DNA from: the human T2T-CHM13v2.0 reference genome, Homo sapiens | Assembly (NCBI RefSeq): GCF_009914755.1 | Contig: NC_060930.1 | Strand: one strand, 5' to 3' | DNA: 64,000 bases | Shown: positions 34,066-51,761 of the stretch, piece by piece | How positions within the stretch are numbered: position 1 is the first letter of the stretch | How the letters are laid out: every line of letters begins with the position of its first letter | The notes under the pieces: model-generated | Seen by the model: the letters and a program-made list of their open reading frames with translations, nothing else | Told to the model about the DNA's origin: nothing | Database searches by the model: none | Position numbers and translations under genes: made by a program

Positions 34066-34654
34066 TAGGAAATGATCCTTCATATGATACTCAGATTCAC
34101 TAGAAGATTCTTTTCATTGTTTTTTCTACCACATTTTACATGGTTCTATTTACAGAAACCTAATGTGCATACATTTCTTATACACATCTGTTGCATGACA
34201 CTTTCCACACTATCCATCCCATAATCATGAATAGACCTATTCAGAGGCCTAGGCACTGCAAGTCCTCAATGGAGGTTTTTCCTGTACCATTGCCCTCTTC
34301 TTGCATAAAAGGGTGGGTATTTTATGAATATCACCAGTAAAAAGCTTCTTCAGACATTTAATTATCTGTGATGGTGCCATTGAGGCACTGGTGCCAAGTT
34401 TAGAAGGTTCAAAAGTGAGTTAGTCGAAAAGTTCTGACAGTACCCTTAGCTAACAGACAGCAGCAGGCTGCCCTCAAGAACCCATCTCCCTTGTGCGAGC
34501 AGGCCAGCTTTCCCCAAGCAGACACGTCTCTGTCTCTGGCAATTTGCATTTTGTTTACAGAAGGAGACTGGATGAGTCCAGACGTATTGCTTATCCTGAT
34601 CTGGTTTAATGGCAGTGTTTTTGTAAGCAGTTCCTTTTTCTAATTTTCTTCCAG

Positions 34655-37155
34655 TGACAGGAGCATCTGGTGTCCCTGAGAACAGCCCACCTTGTACCGT
34701 GAACATCCCTATTGCACCGATCCACAGCTCGGCTCAGGCTATGTCCCCCACGCAGAGCATAGGGCTGGTGCAGTCCCTACTGGCCAATCAGAATGTGCAG
34801 CTAGATGTCCTGACCAACCAGACGACAGCTGTAGGGACAGCAGAACATGCAGGTGACAGTGCCACCCAGTACCCAGTCTCCAACCGGTACTCCAATCCTG
34901 GACAGGTGATTTTCGGAAGCGTGGAAATGGGCCGCATCATTCAGAACCCCCCTCCACTGTCCCTGCCTCCCCCGCCGCAGGGGCCCATGCAGCTGTCCAC
35001 GGTGGGCCATGGAGACCGAGACCACGAACACCTGCAGAAGTCAGCCAAGGCCCTGCGGCCAACACCGCAGCTGGCAGCTGAGGGGGACGCAGTGGTCTTT
35101 AGTGCCCCCCAGGAGGTCCAGGTGACGAAGATAAACCCTCCACCCCCGTACCCAGGAACCATCCCCGCTGCCCCCACCACAGCAGCACCCCCGCCCCCTC
35201 TGCCGCCCCCACAGCCCCCAGTGGATGTGTGCTTGAAGAAGGGCGACTTCTCCCTCTACCCCACGTCAGTGCACTACCAGACCCCCCTGGGCTATGAGAG
35301 GATCACCACCTTCGACAGCAGTGGCAACGTGGAGGAGGTGTGCCGGCCCCGCACCCGGATGCTGTGCTCCCAGAACACCTACACCCTCCCCGGCCCGGGT
35401 AGCTCTGCCACCTTGAGGCTCACGGCCACTGAGAAGAAGGTCCCTCAGCCCTGCAGCAGTGCCACCCTGAACCGCCTGACCGTCCCTCGCTACTCCATCC
35501 CCACCGGGGACCCACCCCCGTATCCTGAAATTGCCAGCCAGCTGGCCCAGGGGCGGGGGGCTGCCCAGAGGTCCGACAATAGCCTCATCCACGCTACCCT
35601 GCGGAGGAACAACCGTGAGGCTACGCTCAAGATGGCCCAGCTGGCCGACAGCCCGCGGGCCCCCCTGCAGCCCCTGGCCAAGTCCAAGGGCGGGCCCGGG
35701 GGGGTGGTGACACAGCTCCCAGCGCGGCCCCCACCTGCCCTGTACACCTGCAGTCAGTGCAGTGGCACAGGGCCCAGCTCACAGCCCGGAGCCTCCCTGG
35801 CCCATACCGCCAGCGCCTCCCCGTTGGCCTCCCAGTCCTCCTACAGCCTCCTGAGCCCACCCGACAGCGCCCGCGACCGCACCGACTACGTCAACTCGGC
35901 CTTCACGGAGGACGAGGCCCTGTCCCAGCACTGTCAGCTTGAGAAGCCCTTGAGGCACCCTCCCCTGCCTGAAGCTGCTGTCACCCTGAAACGGCCACCC
36001 CCTTACCAGTGGGACCCCATGCTGGGTGAGGACGTTTGGGTTCCTCAAGAAAGGACAGCACAGACTTCAGGGCCCAACCCCTTAAAACTGTCCTCTCTGA
36101 TGCTGAGTCAGGGCCAGCACCTGGACGTGTCCCGACTGCCCTTCATCTCCCCCAAGTCTCCTGCCAGCCCCACTGCCACTTTCCAAACAGGCTATGGGAT
36201 GGGAGTGCCATATCCAGGAAGCTATAACAACCCCCCTTTGCCTGGAGTGCAGGCTCCCTGCTCTCCCAAAGATGCCCTGTCCCCAACGCAGTTTGCACAA
36301 CAGGAGCCTGCTGTGGTCCTTCAGCCGCTGTACCCACCCAGCCTCTCCTATTGCACCCTGCCCCCCATGTACCCAGGAAGCAGCACGTGCTCTAGTTTAC
36401 AGCTGCCACCTGTCGCCTTGCATCCATGGAGTTCCTACAGCGCCTGCCCGCCCATGCAGAACCCCCAGGGCACTCTCCCCCCAAAGCCACACTTGGTGGT
36501 GGAGAAGCCCCTTGTGTCCCCACCACCTGCCGACCTCCAGAGCCACTTGGGCACAGAGGTGATGGTAGAGACTGCAGACAACTTCCAGGAAGTCCTCTCC
36601 CTGACCGAAAGCCCAGTCCCCCAGCGGACAGAAAAATTTGGAAAGAAGAACCGGAAGCGCCTGGACAGCCGAGCAGAAGAAGGCAGCGTTCAGGCCATCA
36701 CTGAGGGCAAAGTGAAGAAGGAGGCTAGGACTTTGAGTGACTTTAATTCCCTAATCTCCAGCCCACACCTGGGGAGAGAGAAGAAGAAAGTGAAGAGTCA
36801 GAAAGACCAACTGAAGTCAAAGAAGTTGAATAAGACAAACGAGTTCCAGGACAGCTCCGAGAGCGAGCCTGAGCTGTTCATCAGCGGGGATGAGCTCATG
36901 AACCAGAGCCAGGGCAGCAGAAAGGGCTGGAAAAGCAAGCGCTCCCCACGGGCCGCCGGCGAGCTGGAGGAGGCCAAGTGCCGGCGGGCCAGTGAGAAGG
37001 AGGACGGGCGGCTGGGCAGCCAAGGCTTCGTGTACGTGATGGCCAACAAGCAGCCGCTGTGGAACGAGGCCACCCAGGTCTACCAGCTGGACTTCGGGGG
37101 GCGGGTGACCCAGGAGTCCGCCAAGAACTTCCAGATTGAGTTAGAGGGGCGGCAG
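34655..37155 (+). CDS. TULP4: TULP4 large coding exon (probably exon 13): Pro/Ser-rich region plus start of the C-terminal tubby segment
   Basis: ttcttccag|TG acceptor, CAG|gtaaga donor; 2501 nt, phase 1-0; lies within the 883-aa ORF 34654..37305. Ends in MANKQPLWNEATQVYQLDFGGRVTQESAKNFQI, a tubby signature. Confidence 0.97.
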
Positions 37156-37325
37156 GTAAGACCTCAGACCAGGTGGCGCTGCGAGCCCAGGAGGCGAGGG
37201 TTTCAGTGCTTCGGCCTTCAAGGAGCATTTTTCAAAAGGCCAAATGGGAAATGTGGAAAACAACGAACACCTCTTAGGTGGAGCTCATGGGGTTATGGTT
37301 TTTAGTGTGCCCACTGCTGTCTTGT

Positions 37326-37768
<443 letters not shown>

Positions 37769-38308
37769 TGCAGTCATATTTGTAAAGAATACGTTTCTAC
37801 TTCTGTTCATTGACTTTTCTGTTTTTGGCATCAGATGGTGACTTCCTAAGGAATGTGAGGGTTAGTTTTGCTCACCCTATGCACACACACACATGTATGC
37901 ACACAGCTTTTCCTTCCCCATTAAATCAGTGGTCACTGGTTACCTTGTTATGCTAGTCAATAGCTGAGCCATGTATTACGGCTTAGTTACATTTCCTTTT
38001 TTGTATACTTTTCTTCCCCTAGACATATCAACTTCCTGTTATCTGTCTGTTTGCTCATTTGCCTATTTCTCTGTATATGGAAGTCATTCCCCAGTTCTCG
38101 AACCGGATGTTATCTCATGGTGCAGCTGAACACATTGGGTCCTAGTTCTTCCCTGCTCCAGCCCAGAAGGGTTGCTCTGTCCTGCTGCCAACGTCCCCCT
38201 TCACCATCCTGTAAAGTCCCTCCCCTCTCTACTTAAATTCACGTTTTCGTTAATTCACTCAATAAATGTTATTGAGAACCTGCCGTGTGCCTGGCAATCC
38301 TCTAAGCC

Positions 38309-38524
38309 CAGGGTTGGCATACTGGCCTTTGGGCCACTCTGGCCAGCCGCCTCTTTTTGGAACAAAGTTTTATTGGAGCACAGCCACGCTCATTCACCTG
38401 AGTATCGTCCCTGGCTGTGTTGGCCGGACAACAGCAGAGTTGAGGAGTTGTGGTAAAAACAGTGTGACCCACAAAGCTTAAAATATTTATTATCAGCCCC
38501 TCGCAGAAAGTGCGTCAGCCCCTG
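38309..38524. mobile_element. MER58A-like hAT fossil
   Basis: cagggttggca...aaagttttattggagcacagccacgctcattc...cagcccctg. Confidence 0.75.
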
Positions 38525-39158
38525 CTATAGTGCTAGGATCAGGGCAGTGAGGAAGACAGAGCCCCGCCGCTGTGGAACACGCAGACTGGGGACCAGAGGC
38601 GGATGAGTGCAGCCCGTGTGCTAGGGCATGGCGTCACTGTCTGATGGGATGTAGGCACAGGAACTGGTGAGGAAGTGGCCAGCAAGTCCCTCCCTGAGGC
38701 AGCGGTGTTGGACAGTGGTGGTGCTACTTCTCTTCTGGAGCCTCTGGCCTGTTTGTGTTTCTTTCTGCTTTTCTTTCTCCTTTCTACTTCCTAGGTGAAG
38801 AAACCACTTCATTTGGCCTGTAGCATTCACCCCATTCTTTTTTTTTTTTCTTTTTTCTTTTAGATTCAGGGGTACATGTGCTTGTTACATGAGCATTACG
38901 TGCATAATGGGGGGTGGGCTTCTAGTATGCCCATCACCCAAACATTGGATGTTGTACCCCACAGGTAACTTTTCACGGATGGAGCTGGAGGCCATTGTCC
39001 CCACATTCCAAACCTTGCTCACTGTCTCCATTGTGTTAACATGTTCCTCAGTCCCCTTATTTCCTGCAAACTTGGAGTTAGATATAGAAGCTTCACCAGA
39101 TTCAGGGTCACTTTTGTTAGCAAAAGTATCTCATAGACGGTGCTGTCTGCTTCCATAA

Positions 39159-39507
<349 letters not shown>

Positions 39508-39554
39508 TTTTCACCTTATTCTTTAATGTCTTTGCTTCCCCTGCCCTCCTCCAG

Positions 39555-39671
39555 GTGATGCAGTTTGGACGGATTGATGGCAGTGCGTACATTCTAGACT
39601 TCCAGTATCCGTTCTCAGCCGTGCAGGCCTTTGCAGTTGCCCTGGCCAACGTGACTCAGCGCCTCAAATGA
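39555..39671 (+). CDS. TULP4: TULP4 terminal exon, coding part (probably exon 14)
   Basis: ctcctccag|GTG acceptor. Encodes [38 protein letters not shown] then TGA (39669-39671); matches the tubby C-terminal QFGR and QAF-helix motifs. Confidence 0.96.
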   Translation: MMQFGRIDGSAYILDFQYPFSAVQAFAVALANVTQRLK

Positions 39672-41851
39672 AGAGACTGGTGTGGGGAGGAGAGAGATGC
39701 AGAGAGCCTTTGGAAGAGGTCTTCGGAGATGCCAGAGGAGCCCTCTAGGGGTCCGATGCCTGGGAGGACCAGAAGCCAACAGCAAAACTGGAAAAGCCCG
39801 GCAGGCCCAGGAGAGGGCGCTGACCTGTGGTCGTCATTTATTTGGTTGGGTTTTATTACCTTTTATTGTCTGTTCTTCTTTTCTTCTTTCATTTCAGTGG
39901 CATTTGGAAGCAAAGAGTGCTAGGCACCTGCTGTTCTTTCAGGAAACAGCTTGGCTGTGGTAATGCTCTACTGGGCCCTTCAGAATGAAGACAGTCTGCC
40001 TTAGAGCCTGCTATTCTTTTAGACATAGGGAGGATGCATTATCCTGTATTCTCCTCCAACATCACCACTAGCGTAAAAGCAAAAAGCTTTTACAAAACAC
40101 AGCCAAAAATTCTCAAGATGCAGGTTCTTGGGGAATGGGATGGGGACAGCATTTGATTTACACTGATTATGTTACTCCCCAAAAGGTGACTTAATTAATA
40201 AAGGGCATTTGGGCAGACACACTGTGTTGGACCAACAAAGTAGGCTCTTTACAGGGGTGTTCTCACCAGGTAGAAATGCGATTTGCTCACTGAGGATGTT
40301 GGGGAAGGGACGAAGGGTAAAGAAGAAACTGCACGTATACACAGGTTCACATCACTCTGCAGACAGCAATGTGACTCAGCGTGTGACTTGTAGCAGCAGT
40401 ACGAGGGCTACACTCCTCTGCTGAGGATGTCTACATTGAAAGCCTCCACTAGTTTCATCGTTTGTCAAAGTTCCGTAGGATCAGTGATGGTCATTCAGCA
40501 TGACTGGTTCTGGGAGAAGGTGAGAGACAAAAATGGAAAGATCCTGGCCTGTGGTAGTGGTAGCAGTTTTCTCAAATAATGTGGTGACAGTCACTAGATC
40601 CTCACATGCTGAGAAACAGCCTCTACTCTCTCTGCCCCTTTTACTTTTTAATCTGGAATGCATTACTGTAAACATGATCTTTCCCATGAGATACCATGTT
40701 CTATGCCTTCCCATTCTAAAAGTGTGGACAACGCTTGATTTGAAACCACTTCTTTTCTCCTCTTGGCTACATTAAAATTCAGTTGACTACAAATGCTTTC
40801 TATCAAATTAGAAATGTAACCAAAAAAATGTTAAGTGTTCACCAGGGTATTAAAATACAGAGGAGTATGGTCAAATCTTTGACAAAATTTTCATGATCTT
40901 CTCTAACAAAAAAAGTTGTTTATTAACTGTACAGACTGTTTACTAAGGAGCTAAACCACTGAGAAAACGTTATTAAAATTGTAATACCTAGGTAGTTGGT
41001 TGATCACAGTTTGTTAATTGTATAAAAAAAAATTACCTAGAATATCTCTTCCCACTTCCTCGTCCTCGTGAGAACCTGTGGGCAGTATTCAAGCCCTGAT
41101 GACAAAACCCAGTGTTTTTTGTTGTTGTTTTTTGTTGTTGTTTTTTGTTTTTGTTTTTGTTTTTCTCAGTCTTACCTGTGATGTTGTTTAGGATCAGGCC
41201 CCTCTCCTGGGCCTGCTGTGCAGGAGCACAGGAACTATCTGCTGGCGTTGGGTTCCAAATTTGCATTTTATTTGGAAACAGACAAGTAGAAGATGCTACA
41301 GAAAAGTATTTTCAAATTTAAACGTTTTTTAATCCCCTGTTTTAGTTAAAAAATTGGAAAAGAAACCGACCCATTTTTTTCCCAGATCAAGATGACATGA
41401 CATCACTCCCAATTCTCTCCAAACCCCAGAGAAGTACTGACGAAGTTTTCTGATGTGGCAAAGGATATTTCCCATCTAATACCAGTTTCTCATTTATATT
41501 TAACGTATTGGACCTGATATTTTTAGTGGGTGCATTCTTCCAGAAAGAATTCAGCAATGTTATCAGAATTAATTCTTTTATATGAGTTTATGTAGCTTGA
41601 TATGGTGTTTCAGTGCTTATTGGTTGTGCAATAATGGTTATAGCCTGTTAGATAATCTAAATGCAATTCCCCTGTTTTGTCGTTTAGGAGATAATTATTT
41701 ATCTTGCTTTTCATAGTGTTCTTAGGAATTATTTTGTTGTTACGTTTTGGTGAGTTATACCCATTTTATTTATTTAGAAAAATAGTATCTTTGTTAACGA
41801 CTTACATGGTCACAGTATATTTTGCTGCAAGAAATAAAGAGGATATGATAG

Positions 41852-42194
<343 letters not shown>

Positions 42195-44782
42195 TAACTT
42201 TTCTAATTGGGAAAAAATTCCTATTAATCACTTAAAAATTTTTTTTTGTATTTTGTGTTATTGATTATATACAAAGGAGACTTTTTTTTTGAGATAACAC
42301 TCAAATAGTGTTCTCTTCTTTTGAAAATTTTATTTTTATCTGAAAATAACAGTTGATCTGAAATAAAAAGGGGAGACCTATTAGAATGAGAGTAGCCAAG
42401 GAAAGAGTTACTAGGTAATAAGCTTCACTTTTTGTGTTCTAATTGTTTTTGAGATATAAAGACCCTGAAAAAGCCCATTTTAGAACCTGTTTAATAAGAG
42501 CAAATATAGGGGAAAATCTTTGAAATGAAAGCTACAAATACATGTGAGAAGAAAAAAATGGATTTTTTTAGCAAATAATTAACTAAGCTTCTAAATTCCT
42601 AGCTCCCTCCCCCAAAGGCGCTTTCCCCCGATGGAGGCACAGGCTTCTGTCTCGGATGTTTGGCGCACGTGAGTTTGTATGAGTTTGTGCCGGAGTGACC
42701 CCGGCAGCCACTGCCCACCTCCCCTCTACCCAGGGGCCTGAAAAGAGGGGCTGCCCTCCTGCGCCAAGGCAGACACAAGCTGCGGGCTGTGCGGTCCTAG
42801 TAGTGTGACGTTTCAGTTAATAGTGGTGGTCTTATTTTCAACTATGCTTTCATTCAGTCAGTCTCTGTTGACTAAATACGACGAAAATTCATACTTTATG
42901 CAGGAGATTTCTAAAAATTTAATGTTTATTAATAGTTTATGAATATCAAGATACCTCATTGAATCCCTAAATTTAAAAGCAGTCCAGTAAAAGGTTAACT
43001 GTATAAAGAATCTATGACTTTTTGAGGGAAGTGTGATATATTAACAAATATAACCAATTCTAAATTTGTTTTAGCTCTAACCTCATCAAACCAAAGGCAC
43101 AGATTTGTGTACAATATACCCATTGAATGTATATCCTGAGAAAAATTGGGGCCAAAGAAGCAGGAAAATCTCAAAGCTCTAATGGCAGCATAAATCAAAG
43201 AATTTCACAGGCTAGTGTTTTTATCCATAGCCATTGCTCCCTTGTCAAGTGTCTCACAAGGACATGGAAGAATGTGTTATGTTCATCTTGTAATCATAGC
43301 AAAAAGTCTGCAAACCCCAGGGTCAAGCCTGCTCTGCCACAGGGTTGGATGGTGACCTTGGGCAAGTCCCTGGGGCTGGCTAGGCCTCCACTTGTCCATC
43401 TGTGAAATGAAAGGATCAGCCTGGACAGCCCTCTAAACTCCCTTACAGCTCTCAGCCTAAGAGCGCAGCACTGAACAGCCTCATCATTCCACTTTTCATG
43501 GGAAATATATTTCACACCATTGCCTTTGTGTAGAGAAATATTTCTTTTCCTGTGTTAATGAGCTATGTACTGAATATAAACCAGTGCATTTAAAGTAATA
43601 TCTTTTGTGCACCTCTAAATGTGTTTGGAATTGTGTTTGTTCTCATAGAATATACAAAAGTACTGATTCTAGGTAAGAAGGAGTCTCCACGGGTGTGCCC
43701 TGCTCAGCTGGATGTCCATGAGAACAGCCATGAAATAAGTCACTACTTGTCCCCAAAACCACAGGAATATATACCTAGGTCACCTCAAATTCCTGAGTGT
43801 GCTCTGCCATGTTACACGGTCTTCAAATTGAAAAGGTTTCTTGAAAAGGAAAGTTTGGCCCAGCAACTGGAGAAGGAGTCCATGGTGTCGCTGTGTGCCT
43901 GTATCATTTGGCCAAGTCAATGGTTGTAAGCAAAGTTAGTGGAGACAAAAATGTGTCCAAAATGTCGTTTGAGTTCCTGGGATTTCTGTAATAGCACACA
44001 ACTCAGAACTCTTCAGCATTTGTGTGATTCCTTACCTCTGGCTGATAAAACTCTAATGGGTTGTGGCTTACTTTGTTTCCATTTTCTTTGGCTTTGTGCA
44101 ATTTTTGTGTAACTTTACTTGTACCTATATTTTCTGTTTACAGTTCTTTTTAAGGGGAGGGGTAGGGTTCTAAGATCTTGTTGTTTATTGTAGATAAAAA
44201 TTTTTTCGTGTTGTAGAAAAGCATGGGTTATGCGTTTGACTGAAAAAGACACTGTATTATTTACCAAAGGGGTATTGTTTTTGCATTTGTTTATAAATGC
44301 ATTATTTTGGTACTGTAAATTTGGACATAATTTCTGAGTTTATTACTACTGGCATTTTCTTTTTCCCTTTTTTTTTTTTTTTAACCGTAAGTGCACGATG
44401 CAGGTGCATAGGCCCCAGACCAAACTAGACCACCAGCATGTTCATGTCCAGACCTCGGCAGTGGCGTGCACTGCTTGTGCACCTCAGTTCCTCCAGTGTT
44501 GGTTTGTTTGTTTTTTAATTCAGCATCCTGCTGGTTTTACTTTCCAAGCAAGATCTGTTGCGACTCCCAAATGCGTTTTAATGAGCTCATCCTTATTTGC
44601 CTTTCTTCTTACGTATTTTGTGTATTAGATTGTGCAGGAGATATTCTAGAAGGCATTAATGGTTTGCATTCAAAACGATGTGGTTTGTCCAAGTTATTTT
44701 CTGTCTTTATTACTGAGACGGATTAATCTCCTTATTTTTTTCTTGATGATTTGAAGTTGTAAGAGTTGTCCAGCTATTGCTT

Positions 44783-44788
44783 AATAAA
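44783..44788 (+). terminator. Distal polyadenylation signal
   Basis: AATAAA with U-rich upstream sequence and gttgtgtgc ~20 nt downstream. Confidence 0.75.
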
Positions 44789-45037
44789 ATTTTGCAGATC
44801 AAAAAAGTTGTGTGCAGAATTCTTGAGCCTTGTGAGGAGAAATCACCTCGCTCCATTGGCATGACCTACCCACCCTCCAGTTGCTTCCTGGGTCTCTTGG
44901 TAACTGCTAGCAGCTACTGGAGACCCTGAGATCCCGGTCATCATGTTGCCCATTTGGGGAAGTCAGAGATTGTGCTGTCTTCTTGATGATCTGGTTTAGA
45001 TTTGCTTTTTCATGGCTTTTTAAAAGAGGACTCGATT

Positions 45038-45341
<304 letters not shown>

Positions 45342-46302
45342 TTAAAAGTGCACCTGTATAGCATCTAAAGATCAGAGATGCCAAATATTAACACCTTTGT
45401 TAATTTGTAGGAAACTTAAACCTAGGTTTTAAGCAATTCAACTCTAGGTGCTCATATAACTATTAACTATTGTTGTTACTCATAAGTGCTTAGTGAGCCT
45501 GCTTCCTCTGCCCTAAAGTTCCCTATGACCATGGGAGGTGGGAAGGTGGGGCATGGGAGGTTTATCTGTGATAATACATGTGTGCATGTACAGAACTACC
45601 TTTTTGGTGTTTTTCAAAGAATAAGGAATCAATTTTGCTCGAACCTAGCTCCCAAAACTCACTGTAGAAGAGAAATAACTGTCTCATGGAGATTGCATTG
45701 CAGTTTTCCAAGGATGAAAGATACTAACCACAGTTAAATCTCAACTCCATTATGAAGTGAATACCTTTTGCCACTCCTTTCAGAAGAAAATGGAAGCAGT
45801 GAGAGGTTGAAATGATTTCTGGATTCCATAGACAAAAACCAATCCTGAAACAGAATCCAAGATTTCTGGGTCACATTAATGAATAGACCTGGTTTATTCC
45901 CAGCTTCTCACTCTGGTGTGTCGTAAAGATTTGCCTGTAATGAGCTCTGAGCTACTTATACTTAGTCATCTCCCATGAAAACAAGTATTACATACAGATG
46001 GGCCACCCCTGCCCCTCATCAGGTGAGCTCATCCGCTTTATAGAATGAGATTTAAGTCCTTGTTATTGAATTCTGGAAAGAGTGAACGTTCGGCTGACCA
46101 GTTTTATTATTCACCCAGGCTTCACAAAGGAGCCAGTCTGTGTGGATTTGTTTCCCTACACTTCCTAGAAACAGCTGCTCTATGTGCTGAAGAATAAGAA
46201 GCCATCCATTGGAAGTGCTGGCTCATTTCTTGAACCCATTTCAGAGTTCCTGTCTGAGCGATCGCTTCAAGTAAAGAAGGCGCCCCAGAGTAAGTCATAG
46301 GA

Positions 46303-46617
<315 letters not shown>

Positions 46618-48367
46618 CAGTCATAGGAATTTCTTAAGCTTCAACCACCACTCAGGACAGCATGCAGACACCTTGCAAAGCATCTTGCTCTTTGTCCTCT
46701 GACCTGCCCATGCGTTCTTCCAGGTCACTGTTATGAATCCCAGCATCCCATTTGCCACTTAGCTCTGGCTGGCTCCCAGGCTCTCCCCTGCACCCAGTGA
46801 TGGTGCAGCATCCTCACTGCAGGCACAGCTACGGGATAGCTCTTGTCCCGGGAAAGAGCGGGGAGCTTGGATGATAAAGGCAACCAGTCACATTGCCTTC
46901 TCCCAGTTGTGACAGCCATTTCCCATTGTCTTCAACCCTGAGGGTATGGACAACCTAGTGCTTCCTCTCTCCACTCTTCTCCAAAAGTAGAAAAGTGCCC
47001 AGACCTGACACCATTTCCCTTCTGTCCTGGGAACCAAGGGTCTCTATGTCTCCTGTTGGTTCATCCTCCAGCTCATGTGAATGATCTGTGGTTCCTCCTT
47101 TCACATGAATCAACTCAGTGTCTCCTGTGTCACCTTGAACCACTAATCAGAATCTTGCACTTTCACCCAGTAACAGGGGCATTTCCTTTTATTTCAGTGT
47201 CTGGGGTCACTGAAACAGGGGCTTGACCAGTGTTATATTTTCTTTCTCTCCCCAGTAAAAAGGCAGGCAGTCCAGACACCACAGCATGTGCATGCCACAC
47301 GCATGCGCCCCCCCAACCCCTATGATGAGAAGACACACCCTCGAGTGATGAACTTCTTTCTGTGCTGGAGCCCATGGGGTCCTCTGAGTCCCACTTCCTG
47401 CCTTCCTCAGGTACCTGCTTCTGACTGCAGAAGGCTCTTCCGTCCCAGGATTGTGGTTTCTCACCAGTTTCTCAACAGTTTCCTTTGTTATAAAACTTGA
47501 GAGAAAACATTCCTCTAGTAGAAAGAGACTGCCTTCATCCACCCTTTGGAATAACCAGCTCCAGCCTAGGTCCCATTTCCTGCACTGGTGGAAGAAAAGT
47601 CTCTTCTTCGCTAAGTGGTTCCTTTGATGACCTTATAGATTCAGGCAGCTTGGGAAGGGAAGTTTCTCTAAAAGCCACAGAGCGTCCAGCTCATGGAACC
47701 CTCAGGATCCCTGGCCCATCTTAGGCCACATGGAGTCAGCCTCGTGCCCCCAGCCCATCTGTTCCTGTGCACTGCACTCCAGTGGGTCTCACCCTTGCAT
47801 CCAGGGTTCTCTCCCACAGGATGAGCTTGTCAACATTCTCTTTTTCTAACACACACACTTGTCAGCAGGTGCTGGTATAAGCCAAGCTGAGCTCGTGGGA
47901 GGATGGCAAGAGAATAGGCCCAACAGTCTTTGTGGGAGACAGAGCCCACGTTTCTCCACAAACAGCTTCCGGGAAGAGTGGACGGGTCAGACTAGACCAA
48001 ACCAGCCTCTTGAGAACACCACACTGCCCAGACCCACTTAGTGCCTCCGTGTAACCCGCTGGTTAGAGTCCACCTGCTAGGCAGCCAGAAGCGGCAAAAG
48101 CCCAGCCCCACTGTCCCATTCTTGACCTGGTCCTCCATGCTCACTGTGACAGCAGCACAGGCACCCCGACCGGGCCACAGCGAGCTGGTGGCCATGTCCC
48201 TGGCTCTGCTAACTTGGCCTATCTCATTTCTTAACCTGTTTTTCATGATGTGGACCTCTTGAGAGTATACTTGAAAAAAGTGAATTATCTATGTGGATAA
48301 AGGACTGGTACACTATGTTGAAAACGTAACAAACCAACCAGATGGGAAAGCATCTGTGCTATGGGAC

Positions 48368-49770
<1,403 letters not shown>

Positions 49771-49917
49771 TAGAGACACAGCTGAACATCATCTCATTAG
49801 CCAAGGTTTTCTCTCAACTAAATGGCAAGAACGGATGGCTTTCCTTTCTTTCCATTTGGATATCTGTAGTCTCCAAAAATAAGGCAAAGGTAAAGATGAC
49901 ACCCAGAGCCAACTCCA

Positions 49918-51082
<1,165 letters not shown>

Positions 51083-51761
51083 AAAGGTTTGGTCCCAGTT
51101 AAAAGATGGGGAAATCTCAGATAGAAAATCGTAAGTGACTTTCCTCTCATCCAGGCAGTGTGTGTTGAAAAAGAGTCAGGAGCAAATCTCAGAGCCATGA
51201 GGCCGCAGCCCCTCTTTGAGAATCGCTCCTTGAAGCATCCTGAACCACAGAGAACAAGCGCCGGCTCCCCAGGGAGCAGAAGCCAGCACCTCAGATAGAA
51301 GCCTCCCCTCCAGGGAAATGAGTCACAGACGAGCCCGGGTGAGGCTGCGCGGCTGCGCCTGCCCCGACCTTTGCTTTTAACTTCCTTTCTCCTTTGCAGT
51401 CACCTTCCCATGAGGGAGATGATACTCCGAAGATGGGTTCATTTTGTCCAGACTTTGTCCAGGTTCCCGAAGATGATCTGGAGGATCATTTTATTGTATG
51501 TTTATGGAAATAAACAAAACCAGTGCCAGTGAGCCTCGCAATAGAAGGTGGTGAGTATAAAATGTAAACGGCACCCTGATCAGCACTCAGCCTTCTTCGT
51601 GTTCACACTGAAACTATCCAGCCTGCCAGGTCCTTGCTGCTGGGTAAACAGCATCTCCCCAATTCCCCGTGCAGTGCTCTCTGTTGTTTGGGCTCCGTCC
51701 CCTCTGGTGCCCTCTTCAGGAGAACAATACTTTCAGCTGAAGGTTATAAATTGGCAAACAA

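Noticed and set aside
34655-34660. Second AG 6 nt downstream of the large-exon acceptor (cag|TGACAG)
   Set aside because: Would remove only two residues in frame; nothing in the sequence shows it is used.
34801-37228. Many overlapping alternative-frame and antisense ORFs in the large exon
   Set aside because: Expected shadow ORFs of GC-rich coding sequence; no independent signals.
37156-37305. Tail of the 883-aa ORF (VRPQTRWRC...)
   Set aside because: It lies past a consensus CAG|GTAAGA donor, and tubby homology continues in the exon at 39555, so it is intronic read-through.
46955-48246. Short minus-strand ORFs and exon-like segments next to the pseudogene
   Set aside because: No recognisable homology, in-frame stops, and no consistent splice chain.
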